From assembly GCA_045627525.1 (NCBI GenBank), contig JAZQNW010000006.1:20962-84961 (forward strand): 64,000 bases of DNA, in the 5' to 3' direction. Shown in pieces: positions 18,879 through 29,159 of the stretch. The notes beneath the pieces are model-generated. The model was not told the origin of the DNA, ran no database searches, and saw nothing but the letters and a program-made list of their open reading frames with translations. Origin of the DNA: Bacilli bacterium. Its GTDB lineage: Bacteria > Bacillota_I > Bacilli_A > RF39 > UBA660. A program made the position numbers and the translations under genes. Every line of letters starts with the position of its first letter. The stretch's first letter is position 1.

Positions 18879-19173
18879 ATTTATTGCTATTGTAGTTATT
18901 GTTTTGTTTATAGCACTATATGTTGGACAATATACAGGTTATTATGATTTTTCTACTAACAGAAAAACGACACTTACAAATGACGCTATTAAGAGATTTG
19001 AAGATGATTTAGCAAATGGAAAGAAAATTAATGCTAGTGATTATTTAGTTGAAGAAAAAAACTATAGTAATAATTTATCTAGGCTTGGTATAAAAACATC
19101 AAAATTAGTAGAAAAAAGTTTTAATAAGGCAATTAGAACAATATTTAACGAGATAGAAAAAGTAATGGAATAA
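18859..19173 (+). CDS. Small membrane protein, YqxA-like (follows spoIIP as yqxA does in Bacillus)
   Basis: One TM helix (LFKFIAIVVIVLFIALYV); overlaps the spoIIP 3' end; the call rests on position. Confidence 0.4.
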   Translation: MKKGLFKFIAIVVIVLFIALYVGQYTGYYDFSTNRKTTLTNDAIKRFEDDLANGKKINASDYLVEEKNYSNNLSRLGIKTSKLVEKSFNKAIRTIFNEIEKVME

Positions 19174-19249
19174 TAATGGATTTTATTGTTCCTTTTTTTT
19201 ATTATTTATTGTATAATTATTATAAGGTAGAGTAGTAGGGGTGCTAGTT

Positions 19250-20923
19250 ATGTCTGATAATAAAGCTTTAGATATTATTTTTAGCAAAATTAATAATGTT
19301 CTTACAGATATATCAAGAAAAGTATCTTTTATTGAAAAGTCTGAGAAGTTATTAGATTATGAATCAGAGATATTGAGAGTATCAGAAAGTGATATTCTTC
19401 TTTTGGCACGCTATTATTTTGAACTAAATAATAGTGATAAAAGTAAATTTAGAGATTTAGCGGTAAACATCATGGGAAGTGACGATGTAGTTAATCATTG
19501 TTTAAACTTATATTATTTAGATAAAAAGGATTTAACAACTGTTTCACAATATAGTTTTGAAAGTAAGGAATTGGAGAAGTTTAGAAAACTTTTACAAGAA
19601 GATGAAAGAAGATTACAAAAATTAATTGAAGATAGACCAATAGAAAGTTTAAGAGCAAAAAGAAAAAGAATTCTTGATTTATCATCTTATTTATCAGGAT
19701 CAAATTTTGAAATAGATGATGTTGATGATTTTTTACATATACTTGATTATATTAATTTTACCTCAAAAGAAAAGACTTATGTTTTAACTAGAATTTTTAA
19801 TGGTAGCGTTAAATTTTATAAAAGAATGGTTAATAATTATGAAAAATCAAAAGTTTCACCAAAGTTATTAGCTAGTCATAGCAATGTATCTTTAATAGGT
19901 AATAATAATGTTATATTACCTAATAAAATATATAATTCTTTAATTAATAATTTTGATAATTTAAGTATTATTGATAGAGTATTAGAAAAATATAATTTAT
20001 CTTATTGTATTTCTATTAATAATGATAATTCTGCTGATATTTTGGATTTAGCTATAGAAGAAGCTAATAAATTAGCAATAAATATGGTTAGAACTAATGA
20101 TTTTTCAGAATTTAAATTATTTGATGATGGTATTTTAGTTAAAAAATTCAAATTAAGTGAATTTGTTATTGAAAATATTGATAGAGCATATGAATTTTTT
20201 AAAAAGAATAAAAATATTATTGAAAAAATGGAATTGGCTGATAGGGAAAATAGTGAAGATATTTTAAATAACCTTAAAGGTAAAAAATGGGATGAGGTTA
20301 GGGAATTTTTAGATTCTATTTATGGTCATGAGTTTGATAGTTATTTTTTACTAGAAGTATTAAAAAGGTTATGTCTTATTATAGAATTAGATTATTTGGA
20401 TTTTAGTCAACAAGACTTTTTAGATGAGCTAGAAAATTGCTGTGTTGATTTAAAAATTATGCTTGATTATTATGAAAAAGAAATTAATCCTGAAGATACA
20501 TTAAGTATTGAATATCCATATTTATATTTATATAAAGGGAATAAAGCTTGTTTTGAACAAGATATTTTAAATATTCCAGCTGATTTTTATGGCGAATTAT
20601 ATGAAGTTCTTTCAGAAATAAGAACTGAGAGAGCAACAGGTACTGATTTTGATATTGTATTAGAAAATAAAATAAATTTACGAGTGTCTGAAAATATAAA
20701 TGTATATTATATTCCATTTGATAGTTTTATTTTATTAATAGGTGTATTTGTTGTTGGTGATAAGGATTCCTATGCTGTTATTGATAATAGAAAAACTGCT
20801 ATTTTAAATATAATTGATTCTATAAATGATTATAGTGAACAAAAAATTAACAATTTGATTTCAAATGACAAAAAAGTTACTGATAGGATATTAAGTTTTT
20901 TAGATAATAATAGAATAGTTTAA
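19250..20923 (+). CDS. Hypothetical protein, ~557 aa, acidic and alpha-helical
   Basis: Long ORF with an AGGGGTG RBS; no motif I recognise. Confidence 0.5.
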   Translation: MSDNKALDIIFSKINNVLTDISRKVSFIEKSEKLLDYESEILRVSESDILLLARYYFELNNSDKSKFRDLAVNIMGSDDVVNHCLNLYYLDKKDLTTVSQYSFESKELEKFRKLLQEDERRLQKLIEDRPIESLRAKRKRILDLSSYLSGSNFEIDDVDDFLHILDYINFTSKEKTYVLTRIFNGSVKFYKRMVNNYEKSKVSPKLLASHSNVSLIGNNNVILPNKIYNSLINNFDNLSIIDRVLEKYNLSYCISINNDNSADILDLAIEEANKLAINMVRTNDFSEFKLFDDGILVKKFKLSEFVIENIDRAYEFFKKNKNIIEKMELADRENSEDILNNLKGKKWDEVREFLDSIYGHEFDSYFLLEVLKRLCLIIELDYLDFSQQDFLDELENCCVDLKIMLDYYEKEINPEDTLSIEYPYLYLYKGNKACFEQDILNIPADFYGELYEVLSEIRTERATGTDFDIVLENKINLRVSENINVYYIPFDSFILLIGVFVVGDKDSYAVIDNRKTAILNIIDSINDYSEQKINNLISNDKKVTDRILSFLDNNRIV

Positions 20924-20934
20924 GGGGTGAAGAT

Positions 20935-22707
20935 ATGGTTTCACAAAATAGTTTAATTAATTTACTACGTGATAATATAACTAGAAAAAAAGAATTAATT
21001 AATGAATATTATCATTATCAAGATTCTTCACTTTCTTATAAGGAGGAACTAGAAAAGAAATTAACGAGAGAAATATGGAAAATAGCTTTAGTAGATTTTA
21101 AAAGAATTGAAGAAATTATTTCTAATTTTGATATAAGTGATTTGGAAAAAGAAAATATTATTAATCCTTTAAATGATGCTTGTAAAATATTAGAGATAAA
21201 TTATAATGAGGGTACTACATTAGAGTTAGATAATACGCAGCTAATTGCTATTAATAGTTTTATAAATAATTTAAGAGAATATATTAGTAGTCGTAAGAAT
21301 TATTTTTTAAATCATGATTATGATATTAAAAAATTAGAAAAATTAACTGATAAGTATAAGAAATTAGTTACTTCTTTGAAAAATCCTAATAATAAGGAAT
21401 TTATTTCTGATTATGATGTGTTAAAATGTTTATTTAATGAGACTAAAATTTCTGAGGAAGCTAAACAAAATATTTTGATTATGCTTATTAAATATAATAA
21501 AAGAATTTATGATTATAGAATGGGCAGGGGTCCTCTTTTAGAAGTAGATAATTATATTAATTTAACTGAAGAAAGAATAAGTGATTTGTTTAAAAAATTT
21601 GGATATAATTTTTTAGATTTAAATGATCAAGAAAAAAGATGGATAATAGATAATGGCTATTTTGAAATAGCAGATTCAGTATTTAAAACATTAAGAGATA
21701 ATAATTTTCCTAATATAGATTTAGTAACTAATGGTCATGTTCTTACATCTTTAATTTTAGGCAGCAATAGAAGTGTAATTGAAAATAGTCTTGCACTGGG
21801 AAATAAATATGGTTTAAGTGCTAGTCAATTATTACAAATAAGTAGTTGTTTAATTGAACCACAAGAGTTAAATACTGATAATAAATTAAAACCTTATATT
21901 GTTGGTAGATCTACAGATTTTATTTTAAATTTAGATTTATTTGATAGATATGGATTATCAGCTAAGTATGTTTTTAATAGATGTAGGGAATTACTTACAT
22001 TTCCTAATCACATATTAGTTAGAAATTTAGAAATATTTATGCAATATGATTTTAAGTTTAATAAAAGAAGAAATACTTTAATTGATTCTAGTTTGGTTGC
22101 TTTAATGAATCCTAATTTTGATGTTATTGTTGATCAATTTATGGAAACTCATCCTGCTGGTTTTAAGTATATTAAAGATAATTTATGTGCTTTAAGAACT
22201 TATACTGATCCATTTGATAGTGTTTTTTATAGTTTATATCAGGCTAGTCACTCTAAAGATGAAGTTGTTGCTTTTAGATTAATTGAAACGGGAAACATTA
22301 ATAAGATTTGTTTAATGGGTAATATGTCTGATAATAGTGATAATTATTTTGGTATTAATGATGATAATAAGAGGGAAGTTACTGCTGCTATAATTCCACA
22401 TTTTAATAAAAAAGGGGAATATATATCGGCTTTAGAAAATGCACAATGTGTAGAAATTGATAATGATATTTTCGATAATCCGTTTATTTTAAAATTAAAT
22501 GAATATTCAACAATAGATCCGCTTTTATATTATTTTGATGGAATTAGAATATCAAAATTGAAAGTTCTTAGAATATTTGGAACACTTATAAACAATGGAA
22601 TAGTTCCAGATGAAGATAGTTTACTATTTTCTGTTACTTATAATTCTATTATTAATCAAGAGGAATTTGATAAAATTGCTTTAATAATAAAAGAGGTGGT
22701 ACAGTAA
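20935..22707 (+). CDS. Hypothetical protein, 590 aa
   Basis: Long ORF with an AAGGGGTGAAG RBS, in an operon with 19250 and 22707; no motif I recognise. Confidence 0.5.
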   Translation: MVSQNSLINLLRDNITRKKELINEYYHYQDSSLSYKEELEKKLTREIWKIALVDFKRIEEIISNFDISDLEKENIINPLNDACKILEINYNEGTTLELDNTQLIAINSFINNLREYISSRKNYFLNHDYDIKKLEKLTDKYKKLVTSLKNPNNKEFISDYDVLKCLFNETKISEEAKQNILIMLIKYNKRIYDYRMGRGPLLEVDNYINLTEERISDLFKKFGYNFLDLNDQEKRWIIDNGYFEIADSVFKTLRDNNFPNIDLVTNGHVLTSLILGSNRSVIENSLALGNKYGLSASQLLQISSCLIEPQELNTDNKLKPYIVGRSTDFILNLDLFDRYGLSAKYVFNRCRELLTFPNHILVRNLEIFMQYDFKFNKRRNTLIDSSLVALMNPNFDVIVDQFMETHPAGFKYIKDNLCALRTYTDPFDSVFYSLYQASHSKDEVVAFRLIETGNINKICLMGNMSDNSDNYFGINDDNKREVTAAIIPHFNKKGEYISALENAQCVEIDNDIFDNPFILKLNEYSTIDPLLYYFDGIRISKLKVLRIFGTLINNGIVPDEDSLLFSVTYNSIINQEEFDKIALIIKEVVQ

Positions 22708-22991
22708 TGGATTTTCTAAAAGAAATGGGTTATAAGAGTTTATTATCTAATATTAAACAGTCTAATGATGAAGCACTTATATATAGTTTTATATGTAATA
22801 GTAATAATGCTAAAGAGGTAATTAATTACTTTCAAAGTATTGGTATTATGGTTATAGATCAATTATTAGTTAAGAGATTAGAAATTTTTACTATTAATAT
22901 TGAAAAAATTAAATCAGCTTTTGATAATTATGATTTGGATATATTAGTTCAATTAATCAATGAAGATATTAATACTTTAAGTTTTCTTTAA
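22707..22991 (+). CDS. Hypothetical small protein, 94 aa
   Basis: TAATG overlap with the upstream gene suggests translational coupling. Confidence 0.4.
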   Translation: MDFLKEMGYKSLLSNIKQSNDEALIYSFICNSNNAKEVINYFQSIGIMVIDQLLVKRLEIFTINIEKIKSAFDNYDLDILVQLINEDINTLSFL

Positions 22992-22999
22992 AAATAAAA

Positions 23000-23024
23000 A
23001 AATGGTTTAAAAACCATTTTTTTA
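23000..23024. terminator. Bidirectional rho-independent terminator
   Basis: AAATGGTTT / AAACCATTT inverted repeat flanked by A/T runs on both sides, sitting between convergent genes. Confidence 0.6.
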
Positions 23025-23897
23025 TTGATATAATTCTTGTTTTAATAATTCTAAATTATTATTCATAATAGTTGCATAATCTAATTTTTCTGCTCTTTCT
23101 GTGTCAGAAATATTATCAAGTTTGTGTAATTCATTAGCTTTTACTTCTGGATATATATCTATTATAGATTTAGCATTATCACTTAATTCATCATTTTTAA
23201 ATGTATATATATAATTTATTTCTTTGTCTTCTATCAAATCTTTTACTTCATCTAAGACTTTATCAGTAGCATCACCATCAATGCAGTATACTTCTAAATC
23301 AAACTTTTCTAAGAATTTTAAAGCTGAATTATCAACAACTATTTTTTTATGATCAGTATTTTGGATTGCTAATCGATATGTAGCGTCTAATTCTGATAAA
23401 CTAATTTTTGCTTCTTCATAGGCAGCATCTATATCTTTTTGAAGATATGTACTTGTAACATATTCGTTTAAACCCATTCTAATGTTGTTAGCCATCATTA
23501 ATAGGGAAGATGGATTTAACCATAATTCTTCGGGAGAATAATCAGTTTCTAAAACATAAGAACTATCAATTATTTTTAAACTTGGATTTATTTCAAGTAA
23601 ATCAACGGCTAAATTTCTTTCTTTTTCTATTAATCCATTGTAAATAAATAAATCAGCTTTACTATAATCTTGTTTTTGTTTTTTATTGATTGTGTAATCT
23701 TCAATTTTTACTCCATCTGGATAAATAGAAGTAATGGTTGAGTGATTAGAATATAGTAATTTTGTAATATATTCATTTGAATAATTTGTTACGATTATAT
23801 TTATATTATCCATACTGTCATTACTACAACCAGTAGTGATTGTTAAAAATGTTACTAGAATTATTGTTAAAAAACTTAATTTTAAATATTTTTTCAT
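23022..23897 (-). CDS. Lipoprotein, ZnuA/TroA-like solute-binding fold, with degenerate metal-ligand positions
   Basis: Lipobox LTITTGC|S. ZnuA-like segments are present ([12 protein letters not shown]; WLNPSSLL where ZnuA has DPHxWLxP), but the His ligands are missing. Confidence 0.45.
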   Translation of the reverse strand: MKKYLKLSFLTIILVTFLTITTGCSNDSMDNINIIVTNYSNEYITKLLYSNHSTITSIYPDGVKIEDYTINKKQKQDYSKADLFIYNGLIEKERNLAVDLLEINPSLKIIDSSYVLETDYSPEELWLNPSSLLMMANNIRMGLNEYVTSTYLQKDIDAAYEEAKISLSELDATYRLAIQNTDHKKIVVDNSALKFLEKFDLEVYCIDGDATDKVLDEVKDLIEDKEINYIYTFKNDELSDNAKSIIDIYPEVKANELHKLDNISDTERAEKLDYATIMNNNLELLKQELYQ

Positions 23898-24118
23898 TTT
23901 TTTATCTCCTTATTTGGTACAGGATCATAACCTTTTGTTCCTAATGGATTACATCTAATAATTCTTTTTAAAGCTAGAAAAGAACCTTTTAATGAACCAT
24001 GAATTTCTATGGCATCTATTGCATAATTAGAACAAGTTGGTATATGACGGCATTTATTATGCCAAGGACCAGGAATCTTTTGATATATTTTAATTAAAAA
24101 AATGAGTATTTTTTTCAT
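23894..24118 (-). CDS. yidD: Membrane protein insertion efficiency factor YidD
   Basis: [30 protein letters not shown]...[17 protein letters not shown] 24118 follows a GGTGA RBS. Confidence 0.85.
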   Translation of the reverse strand: MKKILIFLIKIYQKIPGPWHNKCRHIPTCSNYAIDAIEIHGSLKGSFLALKRIIRCNPLGTKGYDPVPNKEIKK

Positions 24119-24258
24119 ATTAATCACCAAATAGTTAAAATCCCTTTTCCTTCTTGTTTTTATTATCTTGCATATTAATTTTACTATAATTTGTAAAAAA
24201 AGGCAATTATAAGTATACTAAATAAATTAATTTTGATATACTTATACTGGTGATTGAG

Positions 24259-24924
24259 ATGGAAGAATTATTTCATTTATTAAAAATAGAACCTAAAGAT
24301 ATTAGACTTTATAATACAGCTTTTTCTCATAGTAGCTATGTTAATGAACATAAGGCTAAAAGTGACTATGAAAGATTAGAATTTTTGGGGGACTCAGTTG
24401 TAGATTTAGTTATTGCTGATTATTTATATTCAAAAAAATATGAAAATGAAGGCGAAATGACAAAAACAAGAGCTAGTTATGTATGTGAGAATGCATTGTA
24501 TGAATATTCAATGAATTTAGGCTTAAATAAATATATTAAAGTTGGACATGGAGAAGAAAAAGATAATGGAAAATATAAGAAGGCAATAGTTGCTGATATA
24601 TTTGAAGCACTAATGGGAGCAATATATTTAGATCTTGGTTATGCAACAGCAAGAAAAGTAGTATTAAATATTATTGTTCCATATATAGAAAATCCAAATA
24701 TTACTTTTTTTAATGATTATAAAAGTGCTTTACAAGAATATGTTCAAACAGTTCAAAAGAGTTTAGTTTATGAACTTGTTGATGAAAGTGGTCCAGCCCA
24801 TGATAAATCGTTTACTGTAGAAGTAAAAGTTGATGATATAGTATATGGTGTTGGAATTGGAACTTCTAAAAAAGAAGCAGAACAAGAAGCAGCTAAGGAA
24901 GCTTTAAATAAATTGGCTATTTAA
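24259..24924 (+). CDS. rnc: Ribonuclease III
   Basis: RNase III signature ERLEFLGDSV and a C-terminal dsRBD (KSALQEY...EAEQEAAKEAL). A GTG at 24250 is an alternative start. Confidence 0.9.
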   Translation: MEELFHLLKIEPKDIRLYNTAFSHSSYVNEHKAKSDYERLEFLGDSVVDLVIADYLYSKKYENEGEMTKTRASYVCENALYEYSMNLGLNKYIKVGHGEEKDNGKYKKAIVADIFEALMGAIYLDLGYATARKVVLNIIVPYIENPNITFFNDYKSALQEYVQTVQKSLVYELVDESGPAHDKSFTVEVKVDDIVYGVGIGTSKKEAEQEAAKEALNKLAI

Positions 24925-25011
24925 TTTGAAATTTTTAATAATTAATGATATAATTACTATGCTCTTTTGAGATTGGTCTTTATATCATTTATTATTATGA
25001 AAGGAGAAAAT

Positions 25012-26664
25012 ATGAGTAGAATTAAAATTTTTAGTTTAGGCGGGTTAAATGAAAATGGAAAAAATATGTACGTTGTTGAGGTTAATGACGACATTTTTGT
25101 ATTTGATGCAGGTTTAAAATATGATAATGATTTGAATTTAGGTATTGATTATATTATTCCTAATTTCGAGTATTTAATAAAAAATAAGAAAAGGATAAAA
25201 GGAATATTTTTAACACATGGTCATGATGAAAACATGGGGGCAATACCTGATATTTTAGAAAAAATTCCAGAAGTTGCTGTATATGGTACAAAATTAACTT
25301 TAGAAATTGTTAAAAATGAATTAACAGCAGAAGAAATAAAAAAATATAATTTTAAAGAGATAAGACCTCATTCAAAATTAGATTTTGGAAAAAATTCTTT
25401 GTTTCCTATAAGTGTTACCCATTCTATACCTGATGCTGTTTGTTATGTTTTATATACAGATGATGGTGCTATTGTTTATACTGGTGATTTTGTATTTGAT
25501 GCTACCATGAAGGGAATTTATAAAACTGATATTGGAAAGTTAGCTTATGTTGGAAAACAAGGCGTATTATGTTTATTATGCGAATCAATGTATGCTGATA
25601 AAAAGGGGCATACTAGTCCTAATAATAGAGTTGCTGATTTTATAAAAGAAGTTTTATTAGAAAATCCAAATCGTATTATTACTACTGTTTTTCCGGCTCA
25701 TTTTTATCGTATTCAAGAGATATTTGATGAAGTTTCAAAAACTCATAGAAAAATTGTTATTATGGGTAAATCTTTACAAGATATGATTAATAACGCTATT
25801 AATGAGGGATATTTGACAGTTGATGTTGATAGAATTGGTTCTTTAAATGATTTAGAAAATAAAGATGTAGTCGTTTTGATATCTGATGAGAGGGAAAAAC
25901 CTTTTGCTAATTTGGAACGTATTATAAAAGGTTATGATAAATATATTAAGATCAAAGAGAGTGATACTATATTTATAAGCGAACCAAGTTATGCGGGTAT
26001 TGAAAAAAGAACTGCAGTTATTATGGATGATATAGCAATGCTTGGGGCTAATGCTGTTAGTTTATCTAGCAAAAGACATTTATTACATCATGCATCTGCT
26101 GAAGATTTAATGTTGATGTTAAATTTGATGAATCCTAAGTACTATTTCCCAGTAAAGGGAGAATATCGTCATCAATATGCTAATGCGGAAATAGCAGAAG
26201 AACTTGGTATACCTAAGGAGAATATAATTTTAAAACAAAATGGTGATGTTTTAGAATTAGTTGATGGTGTAAATACTAACTCTGTTGAACATATAGAAGT
26301 TGATGATATATTAATAGATGGTAATAGTAATGGAGATATTGGTGATTTAGTATTAAAAGATCGTGAAATGCTAGGAGAAAGCGGTATTGTTATTATTAGT
26401 TGCACATTAGATAAGCAAACTAAAAAAATTATTGGTGGACCAGAAATATTAACTAGAGGATTTATTTATGTTAAAGAAAGTCAAGATTTATTGGAAGAGA
26501 CAAAAAATATTTCTAAAGAGGTAATTGAATCTAATATTGATGTTAATTCTAATAGAGTTGATTATTCTAAAATAAAGAATGAAGTAAGAGATGCTTTAGG
26601 TAAATTCTTTTATAAAGAAACTGAAGCAAAACCAATGATTATTACTGTTGTTCAAGAAATATAA
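25012..26664 (+). CDS. rnj: Ribonuclease J
   Basis: Metallo-beta-lactamase/beta-CASP fold (FLTHGHDENMGAIP ... HASAEDL) and the typical RNase J N-terminus (IFSLGGLNENGKNMYVVEV). Confidence 0.9.
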   Translation: MSRIKIFSLGGLNENGKNMYVVEVNDDIFVFDAGLKYDNDLNLGIDYIIPNFEYLIKNKKRIKGIFLTHGHDENMGAIPDILEKIPEVAVYGTKLTLEIVKNELTAEEIKKYNFKEIRPHSKLDFGKNSLFPISVTHSIPDAVCYVLYTDDGAIVYTGDFVFDATMKGIYKTDIGKLAYVGKQGVLCLLCESMYADKKGHTSPNNRVADFIKEVLLENPNRIITTVFPAHFYRIQEIFDEVSKTHRKIVIMGKSLQDMINNAINEGYLTVDVDRIGSLNDLENKDVVVLISDEREKPFANLERIIKGYDKYIKIKESDTIFISEPSYAGIEKRTAVIMDDIAMLGANAVSLSSKRHLLHHASAEDLMLMLNLMNPKYYFPVKGEYRHQYANAEIAEELGIPKENIILKQNGDVLELVDGVNTNSVEHIEVDDILIDGNSNGDIGDLVLKDREMLGESGIVIISCTLDKQTKKIIGGPEILTRGFIYVKESQDLLEETKNISKEVIESNIDVNSNRVDYSKIKNEVRDALGKFFYKETEAKPMIITVVQEI

Positions 26665-26696
26665 ATTATATGTGCGTAATGCATATATAATTTCAT

Positions 26697-26773
26697 GTCT
26701 TCGTAGCTCAGTTGGATAGAGCAATCGCCTCCTAAGCGATAGGTCGGCAGTTCAAATCTGCCCGAGGACACCA
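26697..26773 (+). tRNA. tRNA-Arg (anticodon CCT)
   Basis: Cloverleaf traced by hand: acceptor GTCTTCG/CGAGGAC, D-arm GCTC...GAGC, anticodon stem ATCGC/GCGAT with loop CTCCTAA, T-arm GGCAG-TTCAAAT-CTGCC, 3' ACCA. Confidence 0.85.
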
Positions 26774-26782
26774 TTTGATTAT

Positions 26783-26809
26783 AAAGAACTTGTAAAAAGT
26801 TCTTTTTTA
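26783..26809 (+). terminator. Rho-independent terminator
   Basis: AAAGAACTT-gtaaa-AAGTTCTTT perfect hairpin followed by a T6 run. Confidence 0.7.
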
Positions 26810-27023
26810 TATATTAAATAGTTTTTGTTAAAGGGGTGTTGTTTAATAAAAATCAATAAATAATTGATATATATATATTTATTTGTTATACTATTTTTAG
26901 TGGTGGATGTATATGACAAAACAAAAATATATTATTTTATTAAATTAAATAGTCTAGATTATTTTAAATGATTTTTCATTTTTAATTTTCTAGATATTTT
27001 TTTTAGATAGGGGGAATGAATTT

Positions 27024-27908
27024 ATGCCATATAATCTTTATTTATGGAGTGATGAAGAACGAGATATGTTTTTTAATTGCCCAAATGATGAAAAAAGACA
27101 GGAATTGTTAGAATCTTTGATTGAATATACAAAGTATGATTTGCATGAAGATTATAGAATTTTAGTTGGTGGTAATAGCCAAATTTGTGAAACATTTATT
27201 AATGATTTTTGGCGATTGAGTACTTTTATGGGTATGAAATCTGATAAGTGTGTATTATATGATGAGCTTTCTTACTTTGAATTTCTTTCATATTATACTC
27301 AAATAATTGAAAAATTTGATGATCCAGATTGCGTTTTTAATTTAGAAATTTTTGATGATAATAATGAAGTTACATTGTATGATAGAGAAACACCTATTTT
27401 AGGTATTAGATGGGTTGACGAAGATCGATTTGATAATCCATATATGATTAGTTGCAGAAAAGCTTTGCAGCAGGAGGAAAAACTAGTTCCTAAAATAATT
27501 AGTGGTGATTTGATTGCTGGTAGGAATGGATATTATTTAAATATGTCATTTAGGAGCTTTTTAGAAGATTTTAAGCCAAGTGAAAATTCAAATTTGAATT
27601 GTTTATCTGACCTTAATTATTGTTATTCATTTTTTAATGAAAATTTAAAATATTTTTCTTTAGGAGTTAATAGAAAATTAGGAGAAGAAACTTTATTTTA
27701 TGATGACGGCGATATTCAATGGTTTAATTCTTATGAATTCCCACCTGCTGCATTAGATGTTATTATACTTGGGACTTTAGATAAAACTCCTGATGATGTT
27801 TTAGAATTTACAGTTAGAAGTAAACCTAAAGTGTTTCAAAAACAAATAACAACTTTTCCTTCACACAATGGATATAAAGCGATTGATAAAAGTGAGGATA
27901 TACTTTAA
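27024..27908 (+). CDS. Hypothetical protein, 294 aa
   Basis: Long ORF with a GGGGGAATG RBS; no motif I recognise. Confidence 0.45.
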   Translation: MPYNLYLWSDEERDMFFNCPNDEKRQELLESLIEYTKYDLHEDYRILVGGNSQICETFINDFWRLSTFMGMKSDKCVLYDELSYFEFLSYYTQIIEKFDDPDCVFNLEIFDDNNEVTLYDRETPILGIRWVDEDRFDNPYMISCRKALQQEEKLVPKIISGDLIAGRNGYYLNMSFRSFLEDFKPSENSNLNCLSDLNYCYSFFNENLKYFSLGVNRKLGEETLFYDDGDIQWFNSYEFPPAALDVIILGTLDKTPDDVLEFTVRSKPKVFQKQITTFPSHNGYKAIDKSEDIL

Positions 27909-27932
27909 AATATTATTTCTAGGAGGCAATTT

Positions 27933-28394
27933 ATGTCATTAAATAGTGTAAAACAATATTTAAAAAAATATGGTGTTGATAAAAATATTATAGAATTAGA
28001 TTCATCTTCAGCAACAGTTGCTTTAGCGGCTGAGGCTTTAGGAACTACTGAAGGAAATATTGCTAAGACATTGTCATTTTTAGTAGATGATGGGGCAATT
28101 GTTATTGTTGTTGCAGGAGATGCAAAAATTGATAATAGTAAATATAAACAATATTTTCATAAAAAAGCAAAAATGATTCCTTTTGATGATGTTTTAAATA
28201 TAACAGGTCACGAGGTTGGGGGAGTTTGTCCTTTTGGATTAAATGATGGTGTTAAAGTTTATTTAGATAAATCATTAAAAAATTATAATATTGTTTATCC
28301 AGCTTGTGGTAGTAAAAATAGCGCTATTAAAGTTACTATATCTGAATTAGAAGAATATACAGATTATCCTGAGTGGATAGATGTTTGTAAGTAA
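27933..28394 (+). CDS. ybaK: YbaK/EbsC-type aminoacyl-tRNA deacylase (Cys-tRNA(Pro) deacylase-like)
   Basis: LAAEALGTTEGNIAKTLSFLVDDG...VAGDAKID...ITGHEVGGVCPFG is the YbaK/ProX editing-domain pattern; 153 aa. Confidence 0.75.
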   Translation: MSLNSVKQYLKKYGVDKNIIELDSSSATVALAAEALGTTEGNIAKTLSFLVDDGAIVIVVAGDAKIDNSKYKQYFHKKAKMIPFDDVLNITGHEVGGVCPFGLNDGVKVYLDKSLKNYNIVYPACGSKNSAIKVTISELEEYTDYPEWIDVCK

Positions 28395-28439
28395 TTTAAA
28401 AGTAGCAATAAAAAAAGATATTAGTTTAACTAATATCTT

Positions 28440-28832
28440 TTATTTTTGTAAATTTCTTTTTTCTTTTCTTAATTGCTTTTGATGTTCTTTTTTTTCTTTT
28501 TTGTATCTTTTTTTTGCCTCTAATAATCTTTTTTCTTCTTCACGTGGCATTTTATATTCTTTTAAATCATATAGACTGTAAAAATGACAATTAAAATCAA
28601 TATTTTTTCCAGGATTTCTTTTAATTATTTCATTTAAATAATCATTTGCTTCTTGTTCATCAACAGGAGGTTCATCATCCATAAATGTCACTATTCTGAA
28701 AAAACGATTAATATAGTATAACTCATCTTCTTTTATTATTTTATAGTTGTCTCCAATTTTGGCAGTACCAGATTGTACATTTAAATTTTTTATGCAGGCC
28801 TTTTTTAAAGGACCTTTAAAATATTTTGTCAT
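28440..28832 (-). CDS. Hypothetical protein, 130 aa, with a lysine/arginine-rich C-terminus
   Basis: ORF with a GGTGA-like RBS; unknown family. Confidence 0.4.
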   Translation of the reverse strand: MTKYFKGPLKKACIKNLNVQSGTAKIGDNYKIIKEDELYYINRFFRIVTFMDDEPPVDEQEANDYLNEIIKRNPGKNIDFNCHFYSLYDLKEYKMPREEEKRLLEAKKRYKKEKKEHQKQLRKEKRNLQK

Positions 28833-28940
28833 AATATCACCTTGTACTTATTATATATTATTATTTAAAAAAGTAAATAAATTTTTAAAAAGTCTTGAAA
28901 AATAAAATTACTTTTGATATAATCTAATTACGTTTGAAAT

Positions 28941-29017
28941 GGCGATGTAGCTCAGCTGGCTAGAGCGTCCGGTTCATACCCGGAAGGTCGGGGGTTCAAT
29001 TCCCTCCGTCGCTACCA
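28941..29017 (+). tRNA. tRNA-Met (anticodon CAT), elongator-like
   Basis: GGCGATG acceptor, D-arm GCTCAGCTGGCTAGAGC, anticodon stem TCCGG/CCGGA with loop TTCATAC, T-arm GGGGG-TTCAATT-CCCTC, 3' ACCA. Sequence alone cannot exclude tRNA-Ile2 (lysidine). Confidence 0.8.
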
Positions 29018-29030
29018 AAAGGAAATTGAA

Positions 29031-29059
29031 AGAGTATCTATATTAGATATTCTTTTTTT
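29031..29059 (+). terminator. Rho-independent terminator after tRNA-Met
   Basis: AGAGTATCTA-tat-TAGATATTCT hairpin with one mismatch, followed by a T run. Confidence 0.6.
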
Positions 29060-29159
29060 ATTTTAGTATTATATATTGTTTATAGATGATTTAATTGTTA
29101 CAATTATATAGACTAAATACATTAAGTAAAGTGCATTGTAATTAATTAAGGAGAATTAT

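Noticed and set aside
28941-29017. tRNA with CAT anticodon as an initiator tRNA-fMet
   Set aside because: It lacks the three consecutive G-C pairs at the base of the anticodon stem (the stem is UCCGG/CCGGA) and the 1-72 position is not the C-A mismatch typical of bacterial initiators. Elongator Met (or possibly Ile2) is more likely.
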